From: Candidatus Latescibacterota bacterium
GTDB lineage: Bacteria > Latescibacterota > UBA2968 > UBA8231
Length of the DNA: 64,000 bases
Direction of reading: 5' to 3'
Assembly (NCBI GenBank): GCA_965203175.1
Contig: OZ241867.1
Coordinates: 4,384,001-4,448,000, forward strand
Positions 26,589 through 36,676 of this stretch are shown piece by piece. The stretch's first letter is position 1. The number at the start of each line of letters is the position of its first letter. The notes under the pieces were generated by a model. The model saw only the letters and a list, made by a program, of their open reading frames with translations. It made no database searches and had not been told where the DNA came from. The position numbers and the translations under genes are program-made.

Positions 26589-28919
26589 CTAGCGACCGGG
26601 TTCGACCATCCACTCGGGCAGGGCGATGCGATAGGTGACCACATCCTCCAGCGGTTTGAAGCGGACGCGGTCTCCTTCCATGTCGGCCCGGTAGATGTCG
26701 GGCTCTTCGTCCTCGGACTTAAAGGCCAAAAGGCGCAAAGGAGGCAGTTTGCGATCTGGCCAGTACTGGCCTACATCGATTACTATATCGGCTTGGCACC
26801 CAAAGGGCACTACGTCAATTTCCCATTTGCGCTCTTTAATGGCCACGGCACCGTCGAACTCTATGGGGCCAAATTGCCCCCGTTGCCCTCGAGTATCGAC
26901 GAACAAATAGTCCTCGCAAGAGGCGTAGTCTATGTGCCCCAAGCCAGCGTCGGCCGAATAGACCAGCAACGATGAGTCTTTCCAGGCGCAAAAGGAGCCT
27001 GGAGGAAGGTGGTAGGCTACATCGCTCCGATGGACAGTCCAAGGCTGCTCCCAGCCGAGGTTGGCATAGACTTCAAGGCCATTGACGTATATCACCCGTA
27101 CCTGTCCTTGGGCAAACGCGCCGGAAAGCAGGGCATCGTTGGTCTCCAGAAACTGGTCGTTATGGCAATAGGCGATGGAGCGAACAGGGACGCGGAGATA
27201 GTGCTTTTGCAGTTCGCGTAGCATGTAATAGGATTTAATCGTAGATGCGATGCCCCACTCTAGCTGGTCGGGGACCAGACAGGCGTGGCCAAAGGCCGCG
27301 GTAGCGGCGAGATAGCGATCGAGATAGGCGCTGCGGCTGTGTTTCTCGCCTTGGGGGATGTGCCCGGCAAAGTACTGGTCAATGGTGCCCAGACCCGCAT
27401 CGGTCTCAACGATATGGAGGTTTTGCAGGTCGAAGTCCACCAGCGGCGGAATGCGACTAGGGTCGTCCCCGACCATGCGAGCGAGGTAGCCGGTTAGGAC
27501 GCCGGCGTAGAACCAGTGGTTGCCGCCACTCCCGATGGCCAAGCCGGCTTGGGCTTGGGAATGGAGGAGGCTTCGTTGCAGGGAATAGCTGCCTACCAAG
27601 TCACCAATTCCTGATTTGTCGGCGCTGAAGTCGTTGAATTCCCAAGGGGGGATCTCGGCGTGTTCGCTTACGTACAGTGTGTCGCAGGGGTATTTTTCGC
27701 TGATGGTATGCGCATGTTCGGGTGCGCGCGCCAGAGCTTCGGATGGCTTGAACAAATAGAGCCCAGGTCCGGTTGGAGTCGAGGTTCCGTCGGCGAGTTG
27801 GGCTGCTGATTCAGGCCGCCAATTCGGGTTGGTAGGAGCGATGTGGCGATAGTTGACTTGAAGGCTGGTTTTATAACCCAGATCCGACAGGGCCTCAAGG
27901 TACTCGCTGAGGGCGTCTTCGCCTCCTTTAGCCTCGGCTCCTTCCACCGCGAGTATGGCGTCGCCGTCGCCATCGTGCCAAGTTTCGCCGGGATGGTTGA
28001 TCAGCAGGTGATCGACGCCCATCAGCTTGAGCTGAAGCATATTCTCGTATAGTTCGACGTAGCTTTCTTGGGATGCGTCGATATAGGGGATGTTGTACCA
28101 GACCCAGTCGGCTAACGTTTCGCTTTGCTCGGTCTCGGTCGTGGGAAAGGCTGGGAGGACTTCCTCGTATTGGGTGGAGACGGTTATGAGCCAGCGCTCC
28201 TGAAAATCGCTGCGCTTGCCGTCGCCTTGGCTGGCGTAGCTACAGCCGCCGTTGAGTTGTACGAGGCGCTGAGATTCTGCTTCGGGCGGGGCGTACAGAG
28301 AGGAAGCACGCGAGTAGTGCCAATCCACAAAGCTAGACAGGAAGTAGCCCGAGGTGCAGAGAATGTGCGGGTAGTTATCGCCGAAGTTGAAATAGGGAAT
28401 GGCGATCAGGCGCGGGTGCAAGGCCCCGGTGACGCGACCGAGCGAGAGGCCAGTGCCCTTGCCATGCCCGCCCTCTATTTCCACTACGAGGGATTTGCCG
28501 CTGATGCGGAACCGGTAGAGAAAATTGGCTTGTTCCTCCCCTAGTTTCCATTGCCAGCGGGCTTCGACGCAATCGCCGACTTGCTCGCAGGAGATGAAGT
28601 GCCGCTCTACTTCTTCGCTGTCAGGCGGTCGAACCGAACTGCCCATTTCCACGGCAATCCCGCCGTCTTCGGCTGGGGTGATTGGGTCGCCATTGTTGAC
28701 TTCTAACTCGATATCGGCAAAGGTTCCATCTATTGGCGTGTAGATATATTGGACGACGGCAGAGACGGAGCGGCTCTCAAAGATAAAGGAGATACCCTCT
28801 TTGCGGATCGAGGTTTCGACTTCTTCGTGGAGCGTGGGAAAGATCGAGGTTTGGCTTTGGCTAGTGGATGCGGGTTGTTGCTCGCCCATAGCCGTCGCCG
28901 CCCCTGTGAGGTCTGCCAT
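26589..28919 (-). CDS. Large hypothetical protein, possibly with a glycoside-hydrolase-like TIM barrel
   Basis: 776-aa acidic ORF without a signal peptide; central GG..L..Y...L..LGY...QVNY pattern recalls GH101/GH129/DUF5696-like barrels (by eye only). Confidence 0.6.
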   Translation of the reverse strand: MADLTGAATAMGEQQPASTSQSQTSIFPTLHEEVETSIRKEGISFIFESRSVSAVVQYIYTPIDGTFADIELEVNNGDPITPAEDGGIAVEMGSSVRPPDSEEVERHFISCEQVGDCVEARWQWKLGEEQANFLYRFRISGKSLVVEIEGGHGKGTGLSLGRVTGALHPRLIAIPYFNFGDNYPHILCTSGYFLSSFVDWHYSRASSLYAPPEAESQRLVQLNGGCSYASQGDGKRSDFQERWLITVSTQYEEVLPAFPTTETEQSETLADWVWYNIPYIDASQESYVELYENMLQLKLMGVDHLLINHPGETWHDGDGDAILAVEGAEAKGGEDALSEYLEALSDLGYKTSLQVNYRHIAPTNPNWRPESAAQLADGTSTPTGPGLYLFKPSEALARAPEHAHTISEKYPCDTLYVSEHAEIPPWEFNDFSADKSGIGDLVGSYSLQRSLLHSQAQAGLAIGSGGNHWFYAGVLTGYLARMVGDDPSRIPPLVDFDLQNLHIVETDAGLGTIDQYFAGHIPQGEKHSRSAYLDRYLAATAAFGHACLVPDQLEWGIASTIKSYYMLRELQKHYLRVPVRSIAYCHNDQFLETNDALLSGAFAQGQVRVIYVNGLEVYANLGWEQPWTVHRSDVAYHLPPGSFCAWKDSSLLVYSADAGLGHIDYASCEDYLFVDTRGQRGQFGPIEFDGAVAIKERKWEIDVVPFGCQADIVIDVGQYWPDRKLPPLRLLAFKSEDEEPDIYRADMEGDRVRFKPLEDVVTYRIALPEWMVEPGR

Positions 28920-28964
28920 GGAATGTCCTGACTCAGCGCGTTTTTAATTTTTCCAAAGTTAAAA

Positions 28965-28993
28965 AACTTAGATAATAAACGGGAGTATGTCAA
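28965..28993 (-). promoter_or_regulatory. Putative sigma70 promoter (leftward member of a divergent pair)
   Basis: Minus strand TTGACA-N17-TAAGTT. Confidence 0.55.
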
Positions 28994-29009
28994 ACTGGAG
29001 GCCTTTGGT

Positions 29010-29038
29010 TTGACCGAGGGCTAGAGCTGTTCTATCTT
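29010..29038 (+). promoter_or_regulatory. Putative sigma70 promoter (rightward member of a divergent pair)
   Basis: TTGACC-N17-TATCTT. Confidence 0.6.
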
Positions 29039-29061
29039 ATTGTTTTTTAATAATTAGCTAT

Positions 29062-30309
29062 GTGGAAACAGGCTTGAAATCAGGGGATTGCATAGTGGTC
29101 GGCGGTGGGGCCGCCGGGATGCTAGCGGCCATTGTTGCCGCCGAGGCGGGCGAGCGGGTAACTCTGCTCGAAGGAAGTGGAAAATTGGGACGGAAAATAT
29201 TGATTTCGGGCAATGGGCGCTGCAACCTGACGAATAAGGCCGCGGACGACCTCAGGCACTACCACGGCACGCATCCGCGTTTTGTCCGCAGCGCGCTAGA
29301 CCAATTCCGCCTAGAGGAAACCTTGGCGTTTTTTGCCGATCTGGGGATCGAGTTCCGCGAAGAAAAACGGCAGCGCCTCTTTCCGGTGTCGGATCAAGCG
29401 CAGTCGGTCATCGATTTGCTCGCGGATCGGATGCGCTGCCTGGGCATCCGCGTCAAAACCAATGCCAAGGTGGTGGGAATGGGCCGCGCTTCTGGCGCGT
29501 CTCGCTTTGAACTGCGCGATGCCGAGGGGCAGCGCTACACCGGAGCGCGCGTAATCTTGGCCAGCGGCGGCGTCAGCCTCGCCCGCTTGGGAGCCGACCG
29601 CTCGGGCATGGACTTGGCCGTGGCTATGGGGCACCGGCTCACCGACCTCAAGCCCGGGTTGGTGCCGCTGATCAGCCCGGAAAAATACCTCGCTCGCATG
29701 CAAGGGCTTAAGGTCCGGGCCGAAGTGCGCGTCACACTCAAAGGAGGGCGCGAGGCCGTTGATATAGACGACTTGCTTTTTACAAAATACGGGGTTTCTG
29801 GATTCACCATATTGAACCTCAGCGCCCGCTTGGTGCCCGAGTTAGGGGCGAAGCGAGCCGTGCTCCGGATCAATTTCTTCCCTGGCCGCAGCCCGGAAGC
29901 AATCAGTCAATTGCTCAAAGAGCGCTGGCAGCGCCATCCGCATCGCTCGCTCGAACTGAGTTTCGCTGGCCTACTTTCCAGCAAATTGGTGCGGCCCCTC
30001 TTGGATCATTTGGGATTTGACGCGGCGCAGCAGGTTGATCAGCTTGGCAAGGGCGCGCGCTGGCAACTTGCCCAACGCCTGACGAATTGGCCGATTGCAG
30101 TCAGCGGCCCGAGGCCCTTTGACTACGCCGAAGTGACAATCGGGGGCGTGCGCACCGAGGACATCAATCCCGATACGCTCGAATCCTTTTTGGTGCCCGG
30201 CCTGTATTTTGCCGGCGAGATGGTGGACATTCACGCCGACTTGGGGGGATTTAACTTCCAGTGGGCTTGGGCCAGTGGCGTTCTCGCCGGTCGTCGGTTG
30301 GGGTCGTGA
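29062..30309 (+). CDS. HI0933/BaiN/YhiN family flavoprotein
   Basis: VGGGAAGM, GRKILISGNGRCNLTN, VTIGGV, GLYFAGE and GGFNFQWAWASG motifs. Confidence 0.93.
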   Translation: METGLKSGDCIVVGGGAAGMLAAIVAAEAGERVTLLEGSGKLGRKILISGNGRCNLTNKAADDLRHYHGTHPRFVRSALDQFRLEETLAFFADLGIEFREEKRQRLFPVSDQAQSVIDLLADRMRCLGIRVKTNAKVVGMGRASGASRFELRDAEGQRYTGARVILASGGVSLARLGADRSGMDLAVAMGHRLTDLKPGLVPLISPEKYLARMQGLKVRAEVRVTLKGGREAVDIDDLLFTKYGVSGFTILNLSARLVPELGAKRAVLRINFFPGRSPEAISQLLKERWQRHPHRSLELSFAGLLSSKLVRPLLDHLGFDAAQQVDQLGKGARWQLAQRLTNWPIAVSGPRPFDYAEVTIGGVRTEDINPDTLESFLVPGLYFAGEMVDIHADLGGFNFQWAWASGVLAGRRLGS

Positions 30310-30348
30310 GCACTGGCGCGATTTGCCTGTGGGCGTAGATTGAAATAG

Positions 30349-30975
30349 ATGCGAACAGATGAGACTGGCCGGGTGGCCGGCATCATTTTGGCGGCGGGCA
30401 TGTCCACCCGCATGGGACAGCTCAAACAGCTATTGCCCTTGGGCGGGCGGGCGGCTATTGAATGGATCGCCGAGGTCGTGGGTAGCCGGTTGGATGAGGT
30501 GGTGGTCGTACTCGGCCATCGCGCTGAGGAGATTACCCCAGTGTTGGCCGCTTATCCGGTCCGTTGGGTCGTCAATGACGACTATCAAACAGGGATGCTC
30601 TCTTCCGTACAATGTGCTGTGCGAGCGGTGGATACTGAAGCCGATTACTTGATTTGCCTAGGTGATCAACCCCGGCTGAGCGGAGCCGTAGTGGAGCAGG
30701 TTTTGCAGACGAGAACACAGGTGGACGAGGGCATCATCATACCCACCGCCAACGGAAAAAGGGGGCATCCCGTATTGATTTGCAATGCCTATCGAGCGGA
30801 AATTTTGGGCTTGCCGCTGGATGTGGGATTGAACGCAGTGACCCGGGGGCATCCCGAGGATACGTACGAGTTGCCTGTGGCAGAGGAGGCCATTTTAACG
30901 GACATGGACACGCCCGCCGACTACCGGCGCGAACTGGAACAGTGGCCAGAAAATTATGGAAGATATCCTCACTGA
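30349..30975 (+). CDS. mocA: Molybdenum cofactor cytidylyltransferase-like nucleotidyltransferase
   Basis: ILAAGMSTRMG..KQLL, LGDQP, GHPVL and DMDTPADY motifs; adjacent to xdhC. Confidence 0.85.
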   Translation: MRTDETGRVAGIILAAGMSTRMGQLKQLLPLGGRAAIEWIAEVVGSRLDEVVVVLGHRAEEITPVLAAYPVRWVVNDDYQTGMLSSVQCAVRAVDTEADYLICLGDQPRLSGAVVEQVLQTRTQVDEGIIIPTANGKRGHPVLICNAYRAEILGLPLDVGLNAVTRGHPEDTYELPVAEEAILTDMDTPADYRRELEQWPENYGRYPH

Positions 30976-32056
30976 AATTGTTCGGCGCAAGGAGCAGGGA
31001 GAGCGCATGGCTTTGGCTTCGCTTGTGTGGAGCACCGGCTCGATTCCCATGAGCGAGCGGGCCAAAATGATCGTCGCCGAAGAGGGGGACGTCGTCGGCA
31101 CCATAGGCGGCGGATGTCTTGAAGCCGAGGTCTTGAGCGCTGGCCGCACCGCGCTGGAGACCGGAGAAAACCAACTCCTGCGCTACACTATGACGGAAAA
31201 ACAAGCCGGGGAGAGCGGCTTAAATTGCGGCGGCAGCGTGCGGATTTACACCGAAGTCATCGAGCCGGACGAGGCGGCCGACTTTTATGGCCGCGTGTTA
31301 GCGGCGCGTCAGGCGCGCAGCGGTTGCGCGCTGGCGACCCTACTCAAAAGCCGTTTTGACGACACCGAGGAGGGGCGGCTGTGGCTAGGAGCCGACGGTA
31401 GCACCTACGGCTCGCTGGGCACGCTTGAAGCCGACCGTCAGGTGGAAGAGCGTTTGCCCGAAGTGATCACGCGCGAACGCGGTATAGTCTGCGCGCTGGA
31501 GTCGGATACCAGGCTGGGAGAGACTGCGGAAGTATTTATCGAACCGTTCCTGCCCGAACCTGTGCTCTACGTCTTCGGCGGAGGCCACGTAGGCGGGCAA
31601 ATTTGCGCGCTGGCCAAGAACGTGGGCTTTCGCGTTGTCCTTATTGATGACCGTCCGACATTTGCCAATCCCGAGCGGCATCCACAGGCCGATGAGTGTT
31701 TAGTCGCCGGCATGGAAGAGGTATTCGCCGATTTGCCCATCGACGATCAATCCTACATCATCGCGGCGACTCGTGGCCACCAGCACGACGAAATCGTCGT
31801 CGAAGCGGCGATCAAGACGCCAGCGCGCTACATCGGGATGCTGGGCAGCGAGCGCAAGAAGCTCATTTTGTGGCGGCGGATCGCCGAGCGCGGCGGGGAC
31901 TCGCAGCGCTTGGATGCCGTCTTTGCGCCGATTGGATTCAACATCGGCGCAGATACCCCGACCGAGATCGCGGTCAGCGTCGTCGCCGAGTTGATCGAGC
32001 AGCGGCGCGGAACGCCCAAAGTGTGGAAGACGAAGAGGAAAACTCATGGGGGATGA
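30956..32056 (+). CDS. xdhC: XdhC/CoxI family molybdoenzyme maturation factor
   Basis: GTIGGGCLE, CGG, FGGGHVG, TRGHQHD, YIGMLGS and APIG..IGADTPTEIAVS motifs. Confidence 0.92.
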   Translation: MEDILTEIVRRKEQGERMALASLVWSTGSIPMSERAKMIVAEEGDVVGTIGGGCLEAEVLSAGRTALETGENQLLRYTMTEKQAGESGLNCGGSVRIYTEVIEPDEAADFYGRVLAARQARSGCALATLLKSRFDDTEEGRLWLGADGSTYGSLGTLEADRQVEERLPEVITRERGIVCALESDTRLGETAEVFIEPFLPEPVLYVFGGGHVGGQICALAKNVGFRVVLIDDRPTFANPERHPQADECLVAGMEEVFADLPIDDQSYIIAATRGHQHDEIVVEAAIKTPARYIGMLGSERKKLILWRRIAERGGDSQRLDAVFAPIGFNIGADTPTEIAVSVVAELIEQRRGTPKVWKTKRKTHGG

Positions 32057-33056
32057 ATTGCGCTATGGGGTGGCCGCCTGTCAGGTTGACCAACCCAATC
32101 CTACCGACCGCGCTGAAATGGCCCGCAACACCGCTCGCATGGTCGAAATGGTCGATATGGCGGTTGAAGGCTACGGGCCGTTTATGGACATCAGACTGCT
32201 GGCCTTTCCCGAATTTGCCCACGCCGCCCCGATCTATCCCACCGCCAAGAGCTTGCTGGCCAAATTGGCCGTTCCCGTTCCCAACGAGCACACGGCCCGC
32301 TTGGAAGACAAGGCTCGCGAATTGGGCGTGTACATCCAAACGGCCACTTTTATCGAAGAGGATCCCCAATGGCCGGGCAAGGTATTCAACACGACCTGCC
32401 TGCTCGGGCCAGAAGGGCTGTGGTGCAAGTACCGCAAGGTCAACCCTTGGATTCCTTGGGAAGTCCACACCAGCCCCCACGACTTGGCCGACTACGAGGA
32501 CGAACTGTTCCCGGTGGCCCAGACGCCCATCGGCAGCATTGGCGCGGCGATTTGCTACGATTGGCTCTTTCCCGAGCCACTGCGCCAGCTCACAGCCAAC
32601 GGCGCTGAAATCCTCGTCCGCGTCTCGGCCTATATGGACCCTTGGGGTGCGACGCCGCCGATGGACTGGTGGACGACGGTAAATCGTTGTCGGGCCTTGG
32701 AAAATGCGGCGTATGTGCTCGCCGCCAACCAAGGGGCCGAGTTGAGTCACTATCCACCTTTTTCTTGGCCGGGTGGTTCAATGGTCGTCGATTTTGACGG
32801 CCGCATCCTCGCGCAAGCCGATCCAGGGCCAGGGGAAAAAATCGTCGTCTCCGAAGTCGATATCGGAGCCTTGCGGCACATCCGCAAGCGGCGCGCCGGC
32901 CACCACACCTTGGCCCACCTGCGCAGCGAGGCGTACCCCATGTACGGACAGCCGTACTATCCGCAGGGCAGCTTTTCCGCAGAGAACAATCACACCGCCG
33001 CCATGAACCAAGAGCGCATCGCCGAGGTGAAGCAGAGGATAACCCGGCAGTCGTGA
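32046..33056 (+). CDS. Nitrilase/carbon-nitrogen hydrolase family protein
   Basis: Catalytic triad FPE, YRK, ICYD; RALEN; GGSMVVDFDG. Confidence 0.9.
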   Translation: MGDELRYGVAACQVDQPNPTDRAEMARNTARMVEMVDMAVEGYGPFMDIRLLAFPEFAHAAPIYPTAKSLLAKLAVPVPNEHTARLEDKARELGVYIQTATFIEEDPQWPGKVFNTTCLLGPEGLWCKYRKVNPWIPWEVHTSPHDLADYEDELFPVAQTPIGSIGAAICYDWLFPEPLRQLTANGAEILVRVSAYMDPWGATPPMDWWTTVNRCRALENAAYVLAANQGAELSHYPPFSWPGGSMVVDFDGRILAQADPGPGEKIVVSEVDIGALRHIRKRRAGHHTLAHLRSEAYPMYGQPYYPQGSFSAENNHTAAMNQERIAEVKQRITRQS

Positions 33057-33769
33057 GGCACTACGGCGACCGGCAGATTCGCCGCACCCTGAGCAAATAC
33101 GACACTCGACAGGTGCGCCGCACCTTGGCAACCGGCTGCGAGCTGCAGATGACGGCAGTCGGCGATGTAGATGCCTTGGTGGACCGCATGATCGAGCGCG
33201 AAGGGCGGCTCCAGAGAGTGGAGCGCTTTCCCTATTGGGCCGAGTTGTGGCCGACGGCGTTGGCCATGGCTCAGTGGTTTTGCCGCGCCGAGGAGCCAAT
33301 CCCCAGAGGTTGGGCTTGCGAATTAGGCTGTGGCTTGGGGCTAGTAGGCATTGCTTTAGCCAAGCTCGGTTGGCGCGTCGAAGCGACTGATTTCGTCGAG
33401 GATGCGCTGGTTTTCGCCGCCCACAATGCCCGGCTCAACAGGGTCCAGCACAACCACCGGGTGGCCTATTTGGACTGGCGCAATCCCGTGGGAGAGCCCC
33501 GTGAGTGCTTAGTGGGGTCGGACATTATCTACGAAAAAAAGAATCATCGCTATCTCGAGCGCATCCTGCGCAAACTACTGTTGCCCGGCGGCCGCTTTTA
33601 CCTCGGGGATCCGCAGCGCAAGGACGCCGCTGACTTCGTCGCGCGGCTCGTTGCCCAAGGCTATAGTCAGCGGCGCGAAACGCACGTTGAGACGTGGAAT
33701 TCAGTCGAGTACCAAGTCTCCATCTACGTGTTTACCAAGCCTCAGGCCGAGAGCAAGGCACTTACGTGA
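33053..33769 (+). CDS. Class I SAM methyltransferase (METTL21/Methyltransf_16-like)
   Basis: PYWAELWP, ELGCGLGL, ATD, LDW and GSDIIYE motifs. Confidence 0.85.
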   Translation: MRHYGDRQIRRTLSKYDTRQVRRTLATGCELQMTAVGDVDALVDRMIEREGRLQRVERFPYWAELWPTALAMAQWFCRAEEPIPRGWACELGCGLGLVGIALAKLGWRVEATDFVEDALVFAAHNARLNRVQHNHRVAYLDWRNPVGEPRECLVGSDIIYEKKNHRYLERILRKLLLPGGRFYLGDPQRKDAADFVARLVAQGYSQRRETHVETWNSVEYQVSIYVFTKPQAESKALT

Positions 33770-34674
33770 GCAGCTACGGAAGCTGCGGTCGCCTCTAAGT
33801 CGTATCCGCCCTCTAGCAGGGAGACGAGGCGTCCCTCGCAGTGGCGGGTGGCTAGCTGGAGCACCAATTCGGTTAGCTGGCCATAGCCCTCTGCGCTGAG
33901 CAGGATTTGCCCAAGGGGGTCGCTGCGATGGGCGTCAAAACCGGCCGACAGGAGGATGAAGTCAGGTTGGAACTGGTCTATAGCTGGAATGATGGTATCG
34001 GTGAAGTGCCGGAGGTAATCGGCATCAGTGCTGCCGGCCGGAACCGGGATGTTCAAGGTTTGGCCGCGTCCCGCTCCGACCCCGCGCTCATCGGCCGCAC
34101 CAGTGCCTGGATATAGGGGGGATTGGTGGATGCTGGAAAAAAACACCGAGCCGTCGGCTTCAAAGATGTGCTGCGTGCCATTGCCGTGATGGACGTCCCA
34201 GTCGATGATCGCGACTTTGTCGCAGCCGCATTCGGCCCGCAAGTAGTGCGCGGCGACTGCCACATTGTTGAAGAAACAAAAGCCCATGATTTGCTCGACT
34301 TCGGCGTGATGGCCCGGAGGCCGCATGCAGCAAAAGGCATGGTCGGCGTGGCCGGCGAGTAAGGAGTCGATGGCGGTTAAGGGAGCTCCGGCCGCTAGGA
34401 GGGCGGCACGGTACGTGCCTGGAGAGAATGCGGTGTCTTGGCTCACATAGACGGACTGGAGGGCCGCTACTCGGTCCAAGTGGACTGGCGAGTGGGCTCT
34501 GAGCAGGGCGCGACGCGGTGCTGGCTGCGGCTGGAGGTGCAGCACTTCGGCCCACAGCGAGCTATCTTTTAAGTGTTGGACAATGGATTCCAAGCGCGCG
34601 CGGCGCTCTGGATGTCCCGCGCCTGTGTCGTGCAACAAGACGTCGGGGTGATAGATCAAGGCGGTCCTAGCCAC
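33742..34674 (-). CDS. Histone deacetylase family Zn-dependent deacylase
   Basis: HPE, RPPGHHA, GFCFFNN, DWDVHHGNGT, SAGFD and EGGY motifs. Confidence 0.95.
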   Translation of the reverse strand: MARTALIYHPDVLLHDTGAGHPERRARLESIVQHLKDSSLWAEVLHLQPQPAPRRALLRAHSPVHLDRVAALQSVYVSQDTAFSPGTYRAALLAAGAPLTAIDSLLAGHADHAFCCMRPPGHHAEVEQIMGFCFFNNVAVAAHYLRAECGCDKVAIIDWDVHHGNGTQHIFEADGSVFFSSIHQSPLYPGTGAADERGVGAGRGQTLNIPVPAGSTDADYLRHFTDTIIPAIDQFQPDFILLSAGFDAHRSDPLGQILLSAEGYGQLTELVLQLATRHCEGRLVSLLEGGYDLEATAASVAAHVSALLSA

Positions 34675-35128
34675 GGTTTACCACTTCTCCTGCGTCGATG
34701 GATGCAATGGCGCGGCGTCCGAGGATGCGGATGTCCTCGGCGATTGCCGCATCGCCCAAGGCGGCGTGGTTGCACCAGCGCAAGCGCGTGGATTCGCGGG
34801 GGTTGATGCGGGCGTGTCCACTTATGACGCGGCTAAAGTAAATCAGGTCTATGTGCTGATGGCCCGGTTCGATGTCCTCTAGGAGGATACACGCGGGTTG
34901 GTACAGGACGGCGACCTGTCCCCATTGCTCTTGTCGGCCTAACAACTCAACGGTCAGGCCAGTTTCTTCGCGCACTTCGCGGAGGGCGGCTTCTTCGGGC
35001 AGTTCGCCCGGGTCGATGTGGCCGCCTGGGGGCAGCCAAGCCTGCATTTTCTTGTGCCACAGCAAGAGGGTGGCTCCCTCGTGGACGACAAAGGTCGTCG
35101 CTGTAAAGTCGCGGGTAATTGCCGCCAA
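34667..35128 (-). CDS. NUDIX hydrolase
   Basis: Nudix box GGHIDPGELPEEAALREVREETG. Confidence 0.9.
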   Translation of the reverse strand: MAAITRDFTATTFVVHEGATLLLWHKKMQAWLPPGGHIDPGELPEEAALREVREETGLTVELLGRQEQWGQVAVLYQPACILLEDIEPGHQHIDLIYFSRVISGHARINPRESTRLRWCNHAALGDAAIAEDIRILGRRAIASIDAGEVVNRG

Positions 35129-35312
35129 GGTGTCCGCTCGTCGCGCGTTTGATAGAAGAAAAAAACAAGGGGGTTTGCAGTGCGCCGGAGGTCAATATAG
35201 CCGGTCACTTGGTGGAACGAAAGCTCGCGATAGCCCCGCGCTGCATTGACCAGCTTTTCTCGCCAATTATTTTACAAGGCTGAGCTTTGCATTCCTTCAG
35301 ACTGAGAGAGAT

Positions 35313-36557
35313 ATGGCTACTGAGATCGTCATGCCCAAATTGGGGCTGACCATGGAAAGCGGCGCAATAAGCGCTTGGTTGGTAGCAGAAGGCCAGGAAG
35401 TGCAAAAGGGCCAGGCCCTATTGGAAATCGCTACCGACAAGGTGACGATGGAAGTCGAGGCGCAGGCCGACGGAATTCTGCGCAAAATTCTGGTGCCGGC
35501 CGGCCAAGAAGTACCGGTATCGACGACGATCGGCGTCATCGCCACTGCCGACGAAGACATCGGCTCGTATGTCGCCGCTGCTCCGAGCGACCCGGATCCA
35601 TCGCCAACTACAGCTCCTGCCGCTGCTCCACCGTCAACTCCGGCTCCACCAACCCCGGCCTCGCCAACCCCAGCCCCACAGGCTCCAATTCCCTCCGCCG
35701 ATACCGATGGGCGTCGCCCGCATAAGACCTCGCCCAAAGCGCGCAAAATAGCCGCCGAGCACGGCCTCGACCTGGCCGGCGTCAATGGCAGTGGCCCTGG
35801 GGGCCGGATCGTCAGCGCCGATGTGCTGGCCTTGGTCGAACAAGTTCGGCTAGCCCCGGTTCCGACCCCAGCAGCCCCGGTCGCCGAAGGGCTGATTGAG
35901 CTGAGCCGAGCCGAGCAAGTGGCCGCTGAGCGGCTGACGGCTAGCTACCAACAGATCCCACACATTCACATCAGCATGGACGTGTCGGCCGTGTGGTTGC
36001 AGCAATTCCGCATCGGTTACCAACTCGAAGGCAAGAAAATCTCCTTCAACGATTTGATCGTCAAAGCCACGGCCCGCACCCTCAGGGAATTCCCTCGCGT
36101 CAACAGCTTGGAAGAGGGCGGTCACTTCCGTTATGCCTCCCAAATCAACGTCGGCGTTGCCGTAGCGGCCGAGCAGGGCTTAGTGGTTCCAGTCATTCGC
36201 GACGCAGCCGAAAAGACGGTCGAGGAAATCGCCTTAGAAGGGACGCGGCTGATCGACGCGGCTCGTCGAGGCGAGCTAGGCCCCGACGACATGCTGGGCG
36301 GCACCTTCACCATCTCGAATTTGGGCATGTTCGGCGTCTCCCGCTTTACCGCGATCATCAATCCTCCCCAAGTGGCAATCCTAGCCGTCGGGGCTATAGA
36401 GAACAGAGTAGTAGCCTCCGGGACGGACGCATTTGCCGTGCGCCCGCAGCTAACCCTGACTTTGGCTGCGGACCACCGCGCCGTCGATGGCGCGTTGGCG
36501 GCCCGATTCCTCGCGCGGCTCAAGGAGGTATTAGAAACGCCTGGCCTGCTCGGCTAG
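35313..36557 (+). CDS. Dihydrolipoamide acyltransferase (E2)
   Basis: Lipoyl domain EIATDKV, Pro/Ala linker, E3-binding GSGPGGRI, TFTISNLG and catalytic DHRAVDG. Confidence 0.93.
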   Translation: MATEIVMPKLGLTMESGAISAWLVAEGQEVQKGQALLEIATDKVTMEVEAQADGILRKILVPAGQEVPVSTTIGVIATADEDIGSYVAAAPSDPDPSPTTAPAAAPPSTPAPPTPASPTPAPQAPIPSADTDGRRPHKTSPKARKIAAEHGLDLAGVNGSGPGGRIVSADVLALVEQVRLAPVPTPAAPVAEGLIELSRAEQVAAERLTASYQQIPHIHISMDVSAVWLQQFRIGYQLEGKKISFNDLIVKATARTLREFPRVNSLEEGGHFRYASQINVGVAVAAEQGLVVPVIRDAAEKTVEEIALEGTRLIDAARRGELGPDDMLGGTFTISNLGMFGVSRFTAIINPPQVAILAVGAIENRVVASGTDAFAVRPQLTLTLAADHRAVDGALAARFLARLKEVLETPGLLG

Positions 36558-36569
36558 CAGTCCCTCACC

Positions 36570-36598
36570 TTGACCCTATCCAGGCCGCCGGTTATCTT
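36570..36598 (+). promoter_or_regulatory. Putative sigma70 promoter of ftsH
   Basis: TTGACC-N17-TATCTT. Confidence 0.6.
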
Positions 36599-36676
36599 CA
36601 AAACCGCCCCAAGTTGGCACTTTTGCCCTTGCGTACTGTGGGTGGAAGAGCGCGTCCTGGCATCGGAAAACAACGC

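Noticed and set aside
28981-28993. GGGAGTATGTCAA resembles the IS608 right end
   Set aside because: There is no hairpin or transposase remnant, and it is better explained as the TTGACA -35 box of a minus-strand promoter.
36614-36639. CIRCE-like TTGGCACTT upstream of ftsH
   Set aside because: The right arm matches only about 5 of 9 positions and the spacer is 8 rather than 9 nt.
35993-36676. 859-aa FtsH with a long N-terminal extension in the ORF track
   Set aside because: The extension overlaps the E2 gene in another frame; a promoter at 36570-36598 and the transmembrane N-terminus support ATG 36677.
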